64,000 nucleotides of DNA from Candidatus Bathyarchaeota archaeon (GCA_963827165.1 CAWGZR010000004.1:211183-275182), one strand, 5' to 3'; positions 11,560-22,373 are shown, numbered from the stretch's first letter. Program-made: numbers and translations. Notes: generated by a model not told the origin, from the sequence alone.

Positions 11560-11700
11560 TCGAATAAGTGCGCCTTTTACACATAGTTGTAGGTAGTTGC
11601 TTATATTTTTCCCGTTTAAAAACCCAAATTTTCAGGGCGTTCTTATGCGAGCAGTTTGGAGCTCTGGGGTTGGAAATTTGTGGCAGGAGCTGCATTAGTC

Positions 11701-11740
11701 TTATATATTCCCCGTATACATTCTACTTTAATTGTATACG
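11701..11740 (+). promoter_or_regulatory. TATA box and inverted repeat upstream of vapB (probable autoregulatory operator)
   Basis: TTATATAT at 11701, then CGTATACA-N12-TGTATACG (11713-11740), 10 nt before the ATG. Confidence 0.5.
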
Positions 11741-11750
11741 AGGCGCGGCT

Positions 11751-11972
11751 ATGGCAACTGAAGTCCTATCGATAAGAGTCAAGAAAAGCCTTAAAAATGA
11801 AGCGGAAAAACTCGGGGTTGACCTAAAAAAAGCGGTAGAAGAGCGGCTTGAAGAACTTGTTGCAGAAAAGAAAATAAAAGCACAACAGATTGCCAAACAA
11901 CTACGTGACCTCATGCAAGTTACGCCTGAGGAGTGGGTAAATGATGTCAGAACGACAAGGCAAGAAATGTAA
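11751..11972 (+). CDS. VapB-type antitoxin
   Basis: MATEVLSIRVKKSLKNEAEKLGVDLKKAVEE..EEWVNDVRTTRQEM, overlapping a PIN gene. Confidence 0.8.
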   Translation: MATEVLSIRVKKSLKNEAEKLGVDLKKAVEERLEELVAEKKIKAQQIAKQLRDLMQVTPEEWVNDVRTTRQEM

Positions 11973-12340
11973 ATACCTAATTGATACATCTGCACTTTAC
12001 CCAATACTCGTTTCCGGCCTCCCATTTAACCCTGAAGAATGCGCCGTAATATCGTTAACCCAGTATGAAATTGGGAACGTCCTATGGAAAGAAAACCAGC
12101 AGAAAAAAAATCAAAGAGCCTGAACAGGTTGCAAAAATTTTTTCCGAAGCAATTCAGCCTCTTCGAAAACTGGAGATTGATTCTATAGCCAATGTCCTTG
12201 CTGTGGCCATACAAAGAAAACTCACATTCTACGACGCCTCATACGCGTATGTTGCTGAAAAAGAAAACTTGAAATTAGTTACCGGAGACACTGACTTGCT
12301 GGAAAAATGCAAGCTGGCAATTACGATAAAAGAAATGTGA
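11941..12340 (+). CDS. vapC: VapC PIN-domain toxin (frameshift in the A-run near 12105)
   Basis: YLIDTSAL..YEIGNVLWK joined to ..LTFYDASYAYVAEKENLKLVTGD. Confidence 0.85.
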
Positions 12341-12428
12341 AAAATCATCGAAGCATGGACGATCCCTGCTTTTTGTAACAAAAACTGTCACAAAACCGGA
12401 TTAACTACTAGAGGTCAAGAAATTTTGG

Positions 12429-13715
12429 TTGCGCATAATGAAAAGCCAAGAGCTAAATACATACAAGCCCCTAATCTGGGAACGGAAAAGTGAGGGGAGC
12501 AATAGCGCGTTGAAGCCGTTTAGTTTTGTTCACGCTTCGGACCTACATTTGGGCTATGCACAGTACGGGTTAGAGGCGAGAAGGCAAGACTTTGATAACG
12601 CCTTCAAAGAGTTGGTGGATAAAACCATCGCGTTAAAAGTTGACTTCATAATCATCGCGGGCGACCTTTTCCACCAGGCCAGACCGTCAAACGTCACTTT
12701 GGAAAACACAATTAAAAGTTTCAAACGGCTCAAAGACGCATGCATCCCAGTTTTAACCGTCGACGGCTCACATGATTCAGCGCCCAACACCGTTACCGGC
12801 ACAATTCTCTACCCTTTGGATAGCGCCGGATTGATTCATCATCTTCCAAGACACAGCGGCGCCTGCTGGCGAAAACAAGACGCCTGCTACGTGTACGGCA
12901 TACCAAACTTCCACAACAGGCACAAAACAGAAGAGGCACTGCCCAAATTCATGGCGGAAAACCCGCCTTCACCCGAAAAAGGCGTCTGTAACATTTTTGT
13001 TTTCCATGGAGCCTTAGATTTGCCCGCTGTTAAACCGCCCTACATCGAGGCTGAACTTTCGCCAGATCAGTTACCCAGCGACTTCAACTATTACGCTGCT
13101 GGCCACGTGCATGAACAGTTCATGGAGAAGTTCAAGGATGGTTTGCTGGTTTACAGCGGCTGCACGGAAACGGCTGATTATCGGGAAGCTAAGTACCGCA
13201 AAGGCTTCATGCATGTTACGGTAAACGAGAAATGCGAAGTCGACGCCCAACCTATCGAGCTTGAGTCAAACCGCAGATTCATCGTTCTAGAGCAAGAGTA
13301 CAACGGAGAGTCATCCTCAAAAATCACTGAGCTAACAGCCCAGCAAGTGAGAGACAACGACGCCGAAGGAGCAATCATAATCCCGGTCCTAAAGGGAACG
13401 CTCCCTGTTGAGGCAAGTCGATCCGAAATTGATACGGGTAAAATTCGAAGTGCAGGCGAAAAAGCCATGCTTGTGCACCCTATCGTTCTGCTCAAGGAAA
13501 CCGCGATTTCAGACGAGGTGGCACGATCCATTTTCGAGAGCGAATTCAAAGATTTGAGAACCAAAGCCTACGATTATTTTTTGGAGATTTTCTCGCAACG
13601 TTACGGCCGCGCAGAAGCCGAAAAAATCGCTAAGGGCGCACTCAACCTCATCGAGCCCTTAAGCCGAAAACAAGAAGACAAAGTCAAACAAGCAATAGAG
13701 GAGCTGATGAAATGA
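12429..13715 (+). CDS. mre11: Mre11/SbcD nuclease
   Basis: FVHASDLHLG, IAGDLFH, DGSHDS and YYAAGHVH phosphoesterase motifs; overlaps the rad50 start (ATGA). Confidence 0.93.
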   Translation: MRIMKSQELNTYKPLIWERKSEGSNSALKPFSFVHASDLHLGYAQYGLEARRQDFDNAFKELVDKTIALKVDFIIIAGDLFHQARPSNVTLENTIKSFKRLKDACIPVLTVDGSHDSAPNTVTGTILYPLDSAGLIHHLPRHSGACWRKQDACYVYGIPNFHNRHKTEEALPKFMAENPPSPEKGVCNIFVFHGALDLPAVKPPYIEAELSPDQLPSDFNYYAAGHVHEQFMEKFKDGLLVYSGCTETADYREAKYRKGFMHVTVNEKCEVDAQPIELESNRRFIVLEQEYNGESSSKITELTAQQVRDNDAEGAIIIPVLKGTLPVEASRSEIDTGKIRSAGEKAMLVHPIVLLKETAISDEVARSIFESEFKDLRTKAYDYFLEIFSQRYGRAEAEKIAKGALNLIEPLSRKQEDKVKQAIEELMK

Positions 13716-15799
13716 AAATCGAGGTTGTTCAGCTCGAAAACATTCGCAGTCACATCAAATCAACCGTACCTTTCACAGGCGGCTTTAACTGCTTAGTGGG
13801 AGGTTTAGGCTGCGGAAAATCAAGCGTCCTCTACGCACTAGACTTTGCCTTGTTCGGCGACTCCATCGGCAGAAGTTTTGAGTATTTACTTCGTGAAGGA
13901 GCAGACTGGGGTCGCGTCACAGTTCAATTTTCCCAGAACGGCAGCACCTACAAGCTTACCCGTGGAATCAGGCGAAAAGGAAAAAGCATCACCCAAAACA
14001 TCGAAGAACTAAAGCTTTTCGAGGATGAGAAGCTTGTCGCTAGCATGAAAACAGAGGCAATAGCTGAACAGTTCAAGGCCATAACGGGGTTGGATAAGGA
14101 GCTTTACCGAGAGATCGTCTGGTTTAGGCAAGAGCACCTTAAAGAACTCTTGGATTCCACGCCACGAGACAGACAAAGACGTCTGGATGAGTTATTCGGG
14201 TTATCTGACTATGAAGTTGCTTGGAGCAGCATTGCGCAGTATCAGCGGGATTATGAAACTGAAAGAAGGGTTTACGAGAAAGACCCTGACGTCAACGGAT
14301 TGGAAAAACTTGGCGGCGAATACAACAAGACAACCGAAGAATACACAATGCTTGAGATGGACCTTGAATCTTCGACGCAGACGCTGGTGATAGCTAAAAA
14401 AACGTTGGATGAAGCGGATTCAAAACTTAAGAGGCTTGAAGAGAAACGTCAAGCTATTGAAGAGCTAAAACGTAAAGAGGCAAGGCTACACTCCGACACC
14501 TTCAACACAACAAAAATCTTGGCTTCCCTAACCGAGCGATTACAGGGCAAAAAAACAATCCTTGACAATCTGCATCAACGTCAAGCCTCTATCGACAGTC
14601 AAATAAAACAATGCTTTAGCAAGCTTGAGCAAGCGGGCCTGCCCATAGACCTTCCACCTCAGACACTGCACAGTTGCTTGTCGACGTTTGACGACCAAAT
14701 CAGCGGTTTACGCGCTGACCAAGAAGTCACCAATAGAGACTTACAAACAGACAAAAGAAGAGCAGCCACATTGGCGCAGGAAAACAAATGCCCGCTTTGC
14801 ATACAACCTCTTGACGGCGAATACAAAACCAACTTGATGTCACGGATAGAAAAAGAAAACTTTGAACGTGAGAAAAACCTCGTTCAACTGAGAACACAGA
14901 TCGATTCAATGCAGAAAACAAAAGCCGCCGCCTCAGACGCCTGCGCTAACCTGCAGACCTGCCTGACAAGAGCCGAAGAACTGAAAAACCGCTTAAGCGA
15001 AGAAGAAACCAATCTCAAAAGCTTGACAAGCGAGTTTGAGGAAAAACAGCGGGTTGAAGCCGACCTGAAGATGCAGCTTGAGCATGTGCAATTTGAAGTT
15101 GGCAGATTCGACTCATCTGAATTGGATGCTGCACGAGCACAGCGGGAAGCCGCATTCCGACGATATTACGTTGTGGACTCTGAGTTGAAAACTAAAGAGA
15201 GCCGCAAAAAAGACCTTTTCAGACGATTAGACGAAATTAAAGAGCGAATCAATGTTGCTCAGGAAAAGCTTGAGCGCATGGAGAAGAACCGCAAAACCGT
15301 AGAGGTCTTAGGCGCTATTCGCGATGCCTACCGCAGCATTCAGCCTAAACTTCGCAGCGAGTTCGTGAAGGTTCTGCGCAACTACATCCAACAAGTGCTC
15401 GACAGCTTAGTCGGCTCCGAAGCATCCATGCTAAACGTGGTAATCGACGACACCTACACTCCATATGTGAAAAGCGAGGCAGGAGTGGATCGTGAAGTTT
15501 CTAACCTTTCAGGCGGCGAACGCACGCTTTTGGCTTTCGCTTACCGCTTGGGCTTGGGTCAGCTCATCATGCAGTCGCGCACGGGTCATGGCTTAAGCAT
15601 GCTGGTGCTTGACGAACCGACAGAAAACTTGGGCAGCGAAGACGGCAGCATAGAGCGGCTGGCCGAAGCGATAAGTCGATTCAAAGCGATAGAGCAAATC
15701 ATCGCTGTCACCCACAGTGAAGCCTTCGCCGGCAAAGCAGACCACGTGATAACACTCGAAAAAGAGACTGGCATAAGCAAAATATCAATCGAACGATAA
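13712..15799 (+). CDS. rad50: Rad50/SbcC SMC-type ATPase
   Basis: Walker A GGLGCGKSS, coiled coil with a CPLC zinc hook, LSGGE signature, VLDEPT Walker B, AVTH. Confidence 0.9.
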   Translation: MKIEVVQLENIRSHIKSTVPFTGGFNCLVGGLGCGKSSVLYALDFALFGDSIGRSFEYLLREGADWGRVTVQFSQNGSTYKLTRGIRRKGKSITQNIEELKLFEDEKLVASMKTEAIAEQFKAITGLDKELYREIVWFRQEHLKELLDSTPRDRQRRLDELFGLSDYEVAWSSIAQYQRDYETERRVYEKDPDVNGLEKLGGEYNKTTEEYTMLEMDLESSTQTLVIAKKTLDEADSKLKRLEEKRQAIEELKRKEARLHSDTFNTTKILASLTERLQGKKTILDNLHQRQASIDSQIKQCFSKLEQAGLPIDLPPQTLHSCLSTFDDQISGLRADQEVTNRDLQTDKRRAATLAQENKCPLCIQPLDGEYKTNLMSRIEKENFEREKNLVQLRTQIDSMQKTKAAASDACANLQTCLTRAEELKNRLSEEETNLKSLTSEFEEKQRVEADLKMQLEHVQFEVGRFDSSELDAARAQREAAFRRYYVVDSELKTKESRKKDLFRRLDEIKERINVAQEKLERMEKNRKTVEVLGAIRDAYRSIQPKLRSEFVKVLRNYIQQVLDSLVGSEASMLNVVIDDTYTPYVKSEAGVDREVSNLSGGERTLLAFAYRLGLGQLIMQSRTGHGLSMLVLDEPTENLGSEDGSIERLAEAISRFKAIEQIIAVTHSEAFAGKADHVITLEKETGISKISIER

Positions 15800-16050
15800 C
15801 AAATTCCCCAAAGCGTGAGCGCCGCCTATTTTCATGAAAACCTTTTCATTTTTCCATTAATAAGGCTGTTTAGTGTGCTGTTCTAAAAAGAAGTACAAGA
15901 GGAAGTTTCCAAAGCTTTCAACCGAGCGCTCTAAAGTTGGTAAAGCCTTATATCGAACCCACTCCATATCTTGAAAAGCGAAAAAAAAGTTGTTTGAATG
16001 GTTAGAAGCCTCTTCAAACAAAATTTATCAATAAAGGAGTAGAAAAAATC

Positions 16051-16845
16051 TTGAATACAAAAAAACTTAAAGTTCTTGCAATGATTATACTAACGTCAAC
16101 ACTCTTAATTCTCGCAAGTGCAGCCAGCTTTCCAAGTGTTAAAGCAGCAACGACGTCCAGTTTGGTTGTCTACACTACATTAGGCGGAGCCTCATCCGGA
16201 GCTGTCATGGCAAACGGTACAGCAATGGTCATGGGGTCAGCGGGCAATCCTCTAACTACCGGCGATACATACACATTCACCGCCACGGCTGCTTCCGGCT
16301 ACCAATTCTTAGGCTGGGCGTACGCCGACGCAAGCGGTTCGGCCGGGACGACCAGTGCCTCATACTCGAAAGTCATTTCACAGGCCTGCGCTCTAGAGGC
16401 GGTCTTCGTTCCTACCACTAACGTAACGGCAACACCATCGGGAAGTGGAGCATCTACAATGAGCCTCTTTGCAACAGAAGGTGGAACAACGTCTCCTACT
16501 GGACAACTCGATGGAGCAGCAGTCAGCGGTACCATAGGAACAGCGCAAACTTTCACAGAAACACCCGGAGACGGCTACAATTTCCTATGCTGGGTCGTGC
16601 AATGCGGACAAAACAACTATTACACTTCGTCAACTCTTAGTTACACGCCAACATCAAGCGGAGCAGCCATAGAAGCACTTTGGGTTCCAACCGACAGCGG
16701 AATAACCTTGACATCCACAACACCGACAGCAACGCCAACATCCACAGTACCAGAGTTTTCAGCAGCAATCACTGTCATAATCGCAGCAGCATTAGTCGCA
16801 GCTGCATTCGCAACGATAGCAATCAGCAAGAAAGCTCGAAAGTAA
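16051..16845 (+). CDS. Secreted protein with InlB-B-like repeats and a PEF-type C-terminal sorting signal
   Basis: Signal peptide; YTFTATAASGYQFLGW and TFTETPGDGYNFLCW repeats; VPEFS followed by a TM and KKARK. Confidence 0.8.
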   Translation: MNTKKLKVLAMIILTSTLLILASAASFPSVKAATTSSLVVYTTLGGASSGAVMANGTAMVMGSAGNPLTTGDTYTFTATAASGYQFLGWAYADASGSAGTTSASYSKVISQACALEAVFVPTTNVTATPSGSGASTMSLFATEGGTTSPTGQLDGAAVSGTIGTAQTFTETPGDGYNFLCWVVQCGQNNYYTSSTLSYTPTSSGAAIEALWVPTDSGITLTSTTPTATPTSTVPEFSAAITVIIAAALVAAAFATIAISKKARK

Positions 16846-17027
16846 AACCACTTTCTTTTTTATTTTTTTTTAGTTTTAACGCGCCATAGTTATCGATCAA
16901 TTGATTTCATGCAGGCGATGCCATTTACGGGCGACCCAAACTTTCTGCTTCAAAGCATCGCGTTAAGCCTTATATAAAGCCCAAGAGCACCGTTAAACCA
17001 TCAGAAGTGGTTGGCGGCGTACAAAAA

Positions 17028-18128
17028 ATGAAATTCAACGTAGGAATCGAATCTATTCAGGCGGAAGTAAAAGACAATATTCTCGCAATTTGCTCAAATG
17101 AACCATTAAGAGTTCTGAGCTCAGCCGTTTTGAACGGGGGACTAAAGGAAGCACGTGCAATAATTAATGTTCAAGTACCCGAAGGAAGCGGCGAAGACAA
17201 AAATGACGTGCATTGGAACGCCGAAGAATTCCTGAAAACACAAATTCAAGTTCTCGGACTCCCAAACGACACAGTTGGGTTAATGACCGCTGCCAAAATG
17301 AAGAATGTCACGACATCCAGCAGAAAAACCGGGAAAACAACGCTTACGCTTTTCGTGACAGGTGGAAAAACCGTCGCCGTAACAGCGGGCGAACCTGCAG
17401 CGTCAAGGCACGCAGAAAAACACGGCACAATAAACATCATCCTGCTGGTAGACGGAGATATGACGGATGGTTGCATGGTTGAAGCGCACAAAACCATCAC
17501 CGAAGCCAAAACTGTCGCGCTGCGGGAACTCGACTTGCGAAGTCAATTCTCAGGCGACCTCGCCACAGGAACATTAACCGACACCGTCGCAGTTGCCTGC
17601 ACCAAAAGAGGCGCCCGAATAAGTTTTGCTGGAACCTTCACATTGATAGGCGAACTCATCGCTCAAAGCGTCCGAGAATGCGTAAAAGAGGCAATTTACA
17701 AGCAAGAAAACTTTGCTGCAGACAGACCCCTAATAGAGAGACTGCAGGAAAGAGGAGTAAAAACAGAAGACATGCTTTCGATGCTAAAGAAGATCGAAAT
17801 TTCAGTTGGAAGCGATAAGTATCAGCGGCTCAAGAAAGAAGTCGAGAGGACCCTAACCGACAAGAAAATAGCGTCGCTGGTCTTGGCAAGTCTCAGGTCC
17901 GATGAGGATTTAGAAAAGGGTTTAGTTCCCAAGAACGAAAAAAACAATGTCGAACAAGAAGTCTTTGAAGGAATCCTTGTTGCTGCAATCAGGGATTATT
18001 TGGCCCCCGAAAAAGACGATTTGGAAACCATAAAGCAGAATCTTAGGAACGAAAAGAATCTGGGTCCGCTTACTACCTGCGTCTTGAAAGCAATTGTTAA
18101 AGATGCCTACTCCAAAGTTGGATGCTAA
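17028..18128 (+). CDS. cbiZ: Adenosylcobinamide amidohydrolase CbiZ with a C-terminal extension
   Basis: LSSAVLNGG, VGLMTAA, GTINIILL, TITEAKT..L and ATGTLTD are CbiZ motifs. Confidence 0.85.
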   Translation: MKFNVGIESIQAEVKDNILAICSNEPLRVLSSAVLNGGLKEARAIINVQVPEGSGEDKNDVHWNAEEFLKTQIQVLGLPNDTVGLMTAAKMKNVTTSSRKTGKTTLTLFVTGGKTVAVTAGEPAASRHAEKHGTINIILLVDGDMTDGCMVEAHKTITEAKTVALRELDLRSQFSGDLATGTLTDTVAVACTKRGARISFAGTFTLIGELIAQSVRECVKEAIYKQENFAADRPLIERLQERGVKTEDMLSMLKKIEISVGSDKYQRLKKEVERTLTDKKIASLVLASLRSDEDLEKGLVPKNEKNNVEQEVFEGILVAAIRDYLAPEKDDLETIKQNLRNEKNLGPLTTCVLKAIVKDAYSKVGC

Positions 18129-18233
18129 ACCACGGGATGCCACACTTAAGCGTGGAGTTAGGGTTAATTCAACTGGCAACCCATGATTAACCATACAGCA
18201 GTCAACCATAGTTAACTTTAATAATGCAGGAAC

Positions 18234-19523
18234 TTGCTTTTTAGCAAGGTGCAAATTTACGTGGTCTCTATAAACCCCAATGAGCTCCCCTATGACACGC
18301 TCAAGCATTGGCCTCCCATGACGTATAGAGACAACAAAGCACCCAGCAAAGAGGCAATCAAGGGCTTTGCGGATTTCCTTCAAACAGAAAACGTTTCTAA
18401 AGGACCCAAAGAGTTGCAGCCTTGGATTCCCTTCTGCGACGGCAGATGCTCTTTTTGTTATTTTCCAGTTAACTGCGAAAAACACGACATAGCCGCCTAC
18501 ATCGAGGCTTTGAAGAGCGCGTTGCATCGCTACTCAGAAACCAAATATGTGAAATCAACCGTTTTTGATGAGATCTACGTCGGCGGCGGCAGCCCATCCG
18601 TTCTTTCGGAGACCCAGATCGCGGATGTCATCGACTATTGCCGGGGCAACTTTGCCTTTTCTGAGGGGTGCACAACAAAGTTTACTGCATGCACTTTTGG
18701 GTTGACAGACAAAAAAATTCATCTCTTGGCGTCCCGTGAAGTTGACCAATTAGACATCGGAATCCAAACCTTCGAAGATGCCTTCCGAAAAAACCTTACA
18801 CTTCGCGACGGAAGCAAAGACGCCGTCGACAAGCTTAAGGCCGTCAAGAAAAACGGTTTGCACCTCAGCATCGACTTGTTATATAATCTTCCTGGGCAAA
18901 CGATGGAGCAGTGGCGTGGAGACATAAAACAGGCTTTGGAGCTTGAAGTCGAAAGCGTTGACTGCTACCCGCTGGATTTATACGCTGATACCCCGCTTGC
19001 CCGAAGAGTCGCAGGCGGAGAACTACCCTCGCCCGGTGACTATCGCAAAGAACTTGAAATGTACATGGAAGCCTACGACATCTTTAAACAAAATGGGTAC
19101 TTCCCAACCTGCCATAACAGGTTCTCAAGACTCAAAGAAGACCGCGGAAAAGTGTCTTCAGAAGTTGTGGGTTCAGGCGCAGGTTTCTTCATGGGGCACC
19201 TTGGAAATTTCCAGTACTCCGACATAAACGACGTAAAAGGCTACGTAGCTTCAGTTCAGCAAGGATCTTTCCCATTGGCGTCTCTAGCAACGCTTTCAAA
19301 GGCAGATAAAATGCGAAAAGCAATGATGCTTATCTACGTCCGCCAGAGATTGGACCGAAAAGATTTCAGGGATGAGTTTGGAAAGTTCCCCGAAGAAGCA
19401 TTCCCAGACGCAATAGAGAGGCTCAAGCAGAAAGGTTTGATTGAAGTTACTGACGAAGAGATTCGGTTGTCTGAGAAAGGAGATCCTTGGCGATTCAACA
19501 TCGCTTGGGAGTTCTTCAAATAG
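18234..19523 (+). CDS. HemN/HemW-like radical SAM protein
   Basis: IPFCDGRCSFCYF, IYVGGGSPS, IGIQTF, IDLLYNLPGQT. Confidence 0.88.
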   Translation: MLFSKVQIYVVSINPNELPYDTLKHWPPMTYRDNKAPSKEAIKGFADFLQTENVSKGPKELQPWIPFCDGRCSFCYFPVNCEKHDIAAYIEALKSALHRYSETKYVKSTVFDEIYVGGGSPSVLSETQIADVIDYCRGNFAFSEGCTTKFTACTFGLTDKKIHLLASREVDQLDIGIQTFEDAFRKNLTLRDGSKDAVDKLKAVKKNGLHLSIDLLYNLPGQTMEQWRGDIKQALELEVESVDCYPLDLYADTPLARRVAGGELPSPGDYRKELEMYMEAYDIFKQNGYFPTCHNRFSRLKEDRGKVSSEVVGSGAGFFMGHLGNFQYSDINDVKGYVASVQQGSFPLASLATLSKADKMRKAMMLIYVRQRLDRKDFRDEFGKFPEEAFPDAIERLKQKGLIEVTDEEIRLSEKGDPWRFNIAWEFFK

Positions 19524-19622
19524 CCACACATAACGTTTTCATCGGGCTGAACAATCTCCAGTTGAGCATGTTGTTTTTCCGAAAAGCCAAAGAAATGGGG
19601 CATAGCGCTTTTCTTAATTTCC

Positions 19623-20831
19623 CTATGCGGTTTTGTTTGTTTTTTGGGGTGCCCCGCTTTTCATCATCGCAAGCATCGCTTCTGTCTTAGCACCCCCAAG
19701 ATCCTTTGACACCGATTTCAGACGTTCAGGGATATCTATATGCTGCGGGCAACGTTCCATACATTGTTTGCACTCCTGACATAATGAAGCATCAGCGCGT
19801 TTACCCATCAGACCACCCATCAACATCATTCCATACATAACACGCGAATGTTGTTCATCACCAAACATGCAATAGTCATTATAGGCGCTGAAGTTGCGGG
19901 GAATATTAACGCCGAATGGACATGGCATACAGTATTCGCAGCCCGTGCATTGAACCTTCATAAGACGCTTGAAGGATTCAGCAACATTTTTGATGGTTGC
20001 CAGTTCATCGGGTTTCATTGAGCACGGCAACGCGGTTTCAGCAGTCTTTATGTTTTCGGCAACTTGTTTTTCCTCATTCATTCCTGAAAGAACCACCGTT
20101 ACTTCGGGGTGATTCCATACCCAGCGAAGACCCCATTCAGCTGCGCCCCATTGAGTTTTAGAATCATCATAAAGCTGCTTCACTTCCTTTGGGATATTGC
20201 TCGCTAATGCTCCGCCTCTAAGAGGCTCCATAACCATGACTGCAAGATTCTTTGATGCAGCATACTTTAGTCCCTCTGTTCCAGCTTGGGTTTTTTCGTC
20301 TAGAAAATTGTACTGTATTTGACACATTACCCAGTCGTTGGCATCAACAATAGATTTGAAAGTTTCAGTTGAACCATGAAATGAGAAACCCATGTTAACT
20401 ATTTTTCCTTCTGCTTTTGCTTTTTCTAAGAATTTTAAAGCCCCGAATCCTTGAAGTTTATTCCAGGATTCTTTTTCAAGCCCATGTAAAAGATAGTAGT
20501 CAATGTGGTCTGTTTGGAGTTTTTGCAGAGAGGTGTTTAACATTTTGTCCATGTCTTCAGCGTTATTTAGCATAAAATGTGTAAGTTTCGTAGCGATTTT
20601 TACTCTTTTGCGGTAATCATCTAACAGGGCTTTTCCAAGCACTATTTCGCTGCTACCTCCATGATATGGAGGGGCTGAGTCAACGTAATTTACCCCGTTG
20701 TCGATCGCGTAGCGAATTTGGTCTATTGCGCGTTCTTCATCGATGGCTTGCCCCTTTAAGGGTAAGCGCATACATCCTAATCCTAACGCCGATAATTTGT
20801 CTCCGTTTTTCGGTACCGTTCTGAACTGCAT
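19623..20831 (-). CDS. Aldo/keto reductase with a C-terminal 4Fe-4S dicluster domain
   Basis: LGLGCMRLP, GVNYVDSA, IDYYLLH, CTGCEYCMPCP and CQECKQCMERCP. Confidence 0.93.
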   Translation of the reverse strand: MQFRTVPKNGDKLSALGLGCMRLPLKGQAIDEERAIDQIRYAIDNGVNYVDSAPPYHGGSSEIVLGKALLDDYRKRVKIATKLTHFMLNNAEDMDKMLNTSLQKLQTDHIDYYLLHGLEKESWNKLQGFGALKFLEKAKAEGKIVNMGFSFHGSTETFKSIVDANDWVMCQIQYNFLDEKTQAGTEGLKYAASKNLAVMVMEPLRGGALASNIPKEVKQLYDDSKTQWGAAEWGLRWVWNHPEVTVVLSGMNEEKQVAENIKTAETALPCSMKPDELATIKNVAESFKRLMKVQCTGCEYCMPCPFGVNIPRNFSAYNDYCMFGDEQHSRVMYGMMLMGGLMGKRADASLCQECKQCMERCPQHIDIPERLKSVSKDLGGAKTEAMLAMMKSGAPQKTNKTA

Positions 20832-21032
20832 TATTTCACTTCCAATTTTTAATTCAATTAGTTTAGATTAACCCTAATTTGGACCGACTAGACAATAATG
20901 TTCTGATTTTTATCCGCCTATTAAGCTATCGCTAGCTACGCGGCACTAAAAATACGCAAGACCTCTCAGAAAAACTGAGCAAAATCAGCGCTTATGTCAG
21001 AAATTAATAACGCTTACTTCGTCTTTGGGATA

Positions 21033-22373
21033 TCAGTTTTTCTGACGCGCCTTTTTCATTCTAAGTCCAATTATTAAACTTACGATTATGACGACAATCA
21101 GGATGACTGCAGCAACAATCAAAAAGGAGCCATCACCAATCGAAGTTGAAGGTTTTGAGGAAACAACGGGACTAGACAAGGGCGAGGTAGAAGGCATTTG
21201 AGGCGAGGGTTGCGGAACTACAATCGAACCAAAAGCATACACGCCGTTGTCATCTGAGCCCACATAGACAACTCCGTTAACTATCGAAGGAGAAGACTCC
21301 ACCGCACTGCCGGTTGTGAAACTCCAAATCTTAACACCCGTGGCAGCGTTCAAAGCATAAACATTACCGTTCTCCGAACCGAAGCAGACTACGCCGTCGG
21401 CCACAAACGGAGAAGAATCCACGATGTTGCCAGTTGAGAAGTTCCACGTTTTGATCCCGCTTGCAGCATTCAACGCATAAAGGTTGCCGTCGTCGGAACC
21501 AATGTAGACCAAGCCGTTTGCGACCGCAGGACAAGACTCGATAACACCGGCTGTCCCATAGCTCCATATTTTTTCGCCCGTTGCATCGCTTAAAGCATAA
21601 ACATAATTGTTTGAGCCCGTGTAGACCACGCCGTCGACGACAGCTGGGGAAGAATACATCGGTGAACCAGCTGGAAATCCCCAAATCTTGCTGCCAGAGG
21701 AGGCATTCAACGCATAAACGTCGACGTAAGAGTCAACGTAGACTACGCCGTTAACGAGTGCAGGTGAAGAATATACATAATTTCCTGTTCCGTAACTCCA
21801 AATTTTGAGGCCCGTTGCCGCATTCAGTGCATAAACATTGAAATCGTTGGACCCCACGTAAACCACCCCATCAGCAACCATAGGAGAAGAATACACTTCG
21901 CCCCCAGTCCCAAAGCTCCAGATTTTACCGCCGGTTGAAGCATTCAACGCATACACGTAGTGATCGTCGGAGCCAATGTAAACAACGCCGTCGGCAACCG
22001 AGGGAGAATCCTCTACTGCGCTGCCCGTTTGATAGCTCCAGATTTTGGCGCCGGTCGCAGCATTCAAAGCATAAACGTAGTCATCATCCGAACCGACGTA
22101 GACCACGCCGTTGATAACTGCAGGGGAAAGGTATTCCAGAGAGTTCTCGGTCGGGAAGATCCAGAGGGTTTTATTTGTCAGCGGCGCGTCGGAGGTGGAG
22201 AATCCTGTGTGGAATTGATCATGATGGAATTGGGAAGACCAATCCACGGTGGACTGTTGGGCACTCACTTTTGGCGAAAACGCTGAAAACATTGCTAAAC
22301 ATAACAGTCCCAGAAGAATTATTGGTTTTTTTCTGTTTATTTTTATGCGGTGAGAACGGGATTGCGTGATCAT
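21033..22373 (-). CDS. PQQ-like/BamB beta-propeller repeat protein, secreted and membrane-anchored
   Basis: About eight SSPxVxDGVVYVGSxDxxVYALNAxTGxKIW repeats, a signal peptide and a C-terminal TM. Confidence 0.93.
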   Translation of the reverse strand: MITQSRSHRIKINRKKPIILLGLLCLAMFSAFSPKVSAQQSTVDWSSQFHHDQFHTGFSTSDAPLTNKTLWIFPTENSLEYLSPAVINGVVYVGSDDDYVYALNAATGAKIWSYQTGSAVEDSPSVADGVVYIGSDDHYVYALNASTGGKIWSFGTGGEVYSSPMVADGVVYVGSNDFNVYALNAATGLKIWSYGTGNYVYSSPALVNGVVYVDSYVDVYALNASSGSKIWGFPAGSPMYSSPAVVDGVVYTGSNNYVYALSDATGEKIWSYGTAGVIESCPAVANGLVYIGSDDGNLYALNAASGIKTWNFSTGNIVDSSPFVADGVVCFGSENGNVYALNAATGVKIWSFTTGSAVESSPSIVNGVVYVGSDDNGVYAFGSIVVPQPSPQMPSTSPLSSPVVSSKPSTSIGDGSFLIVAAVILIVVIIVSLIIGLRMKKARQKN

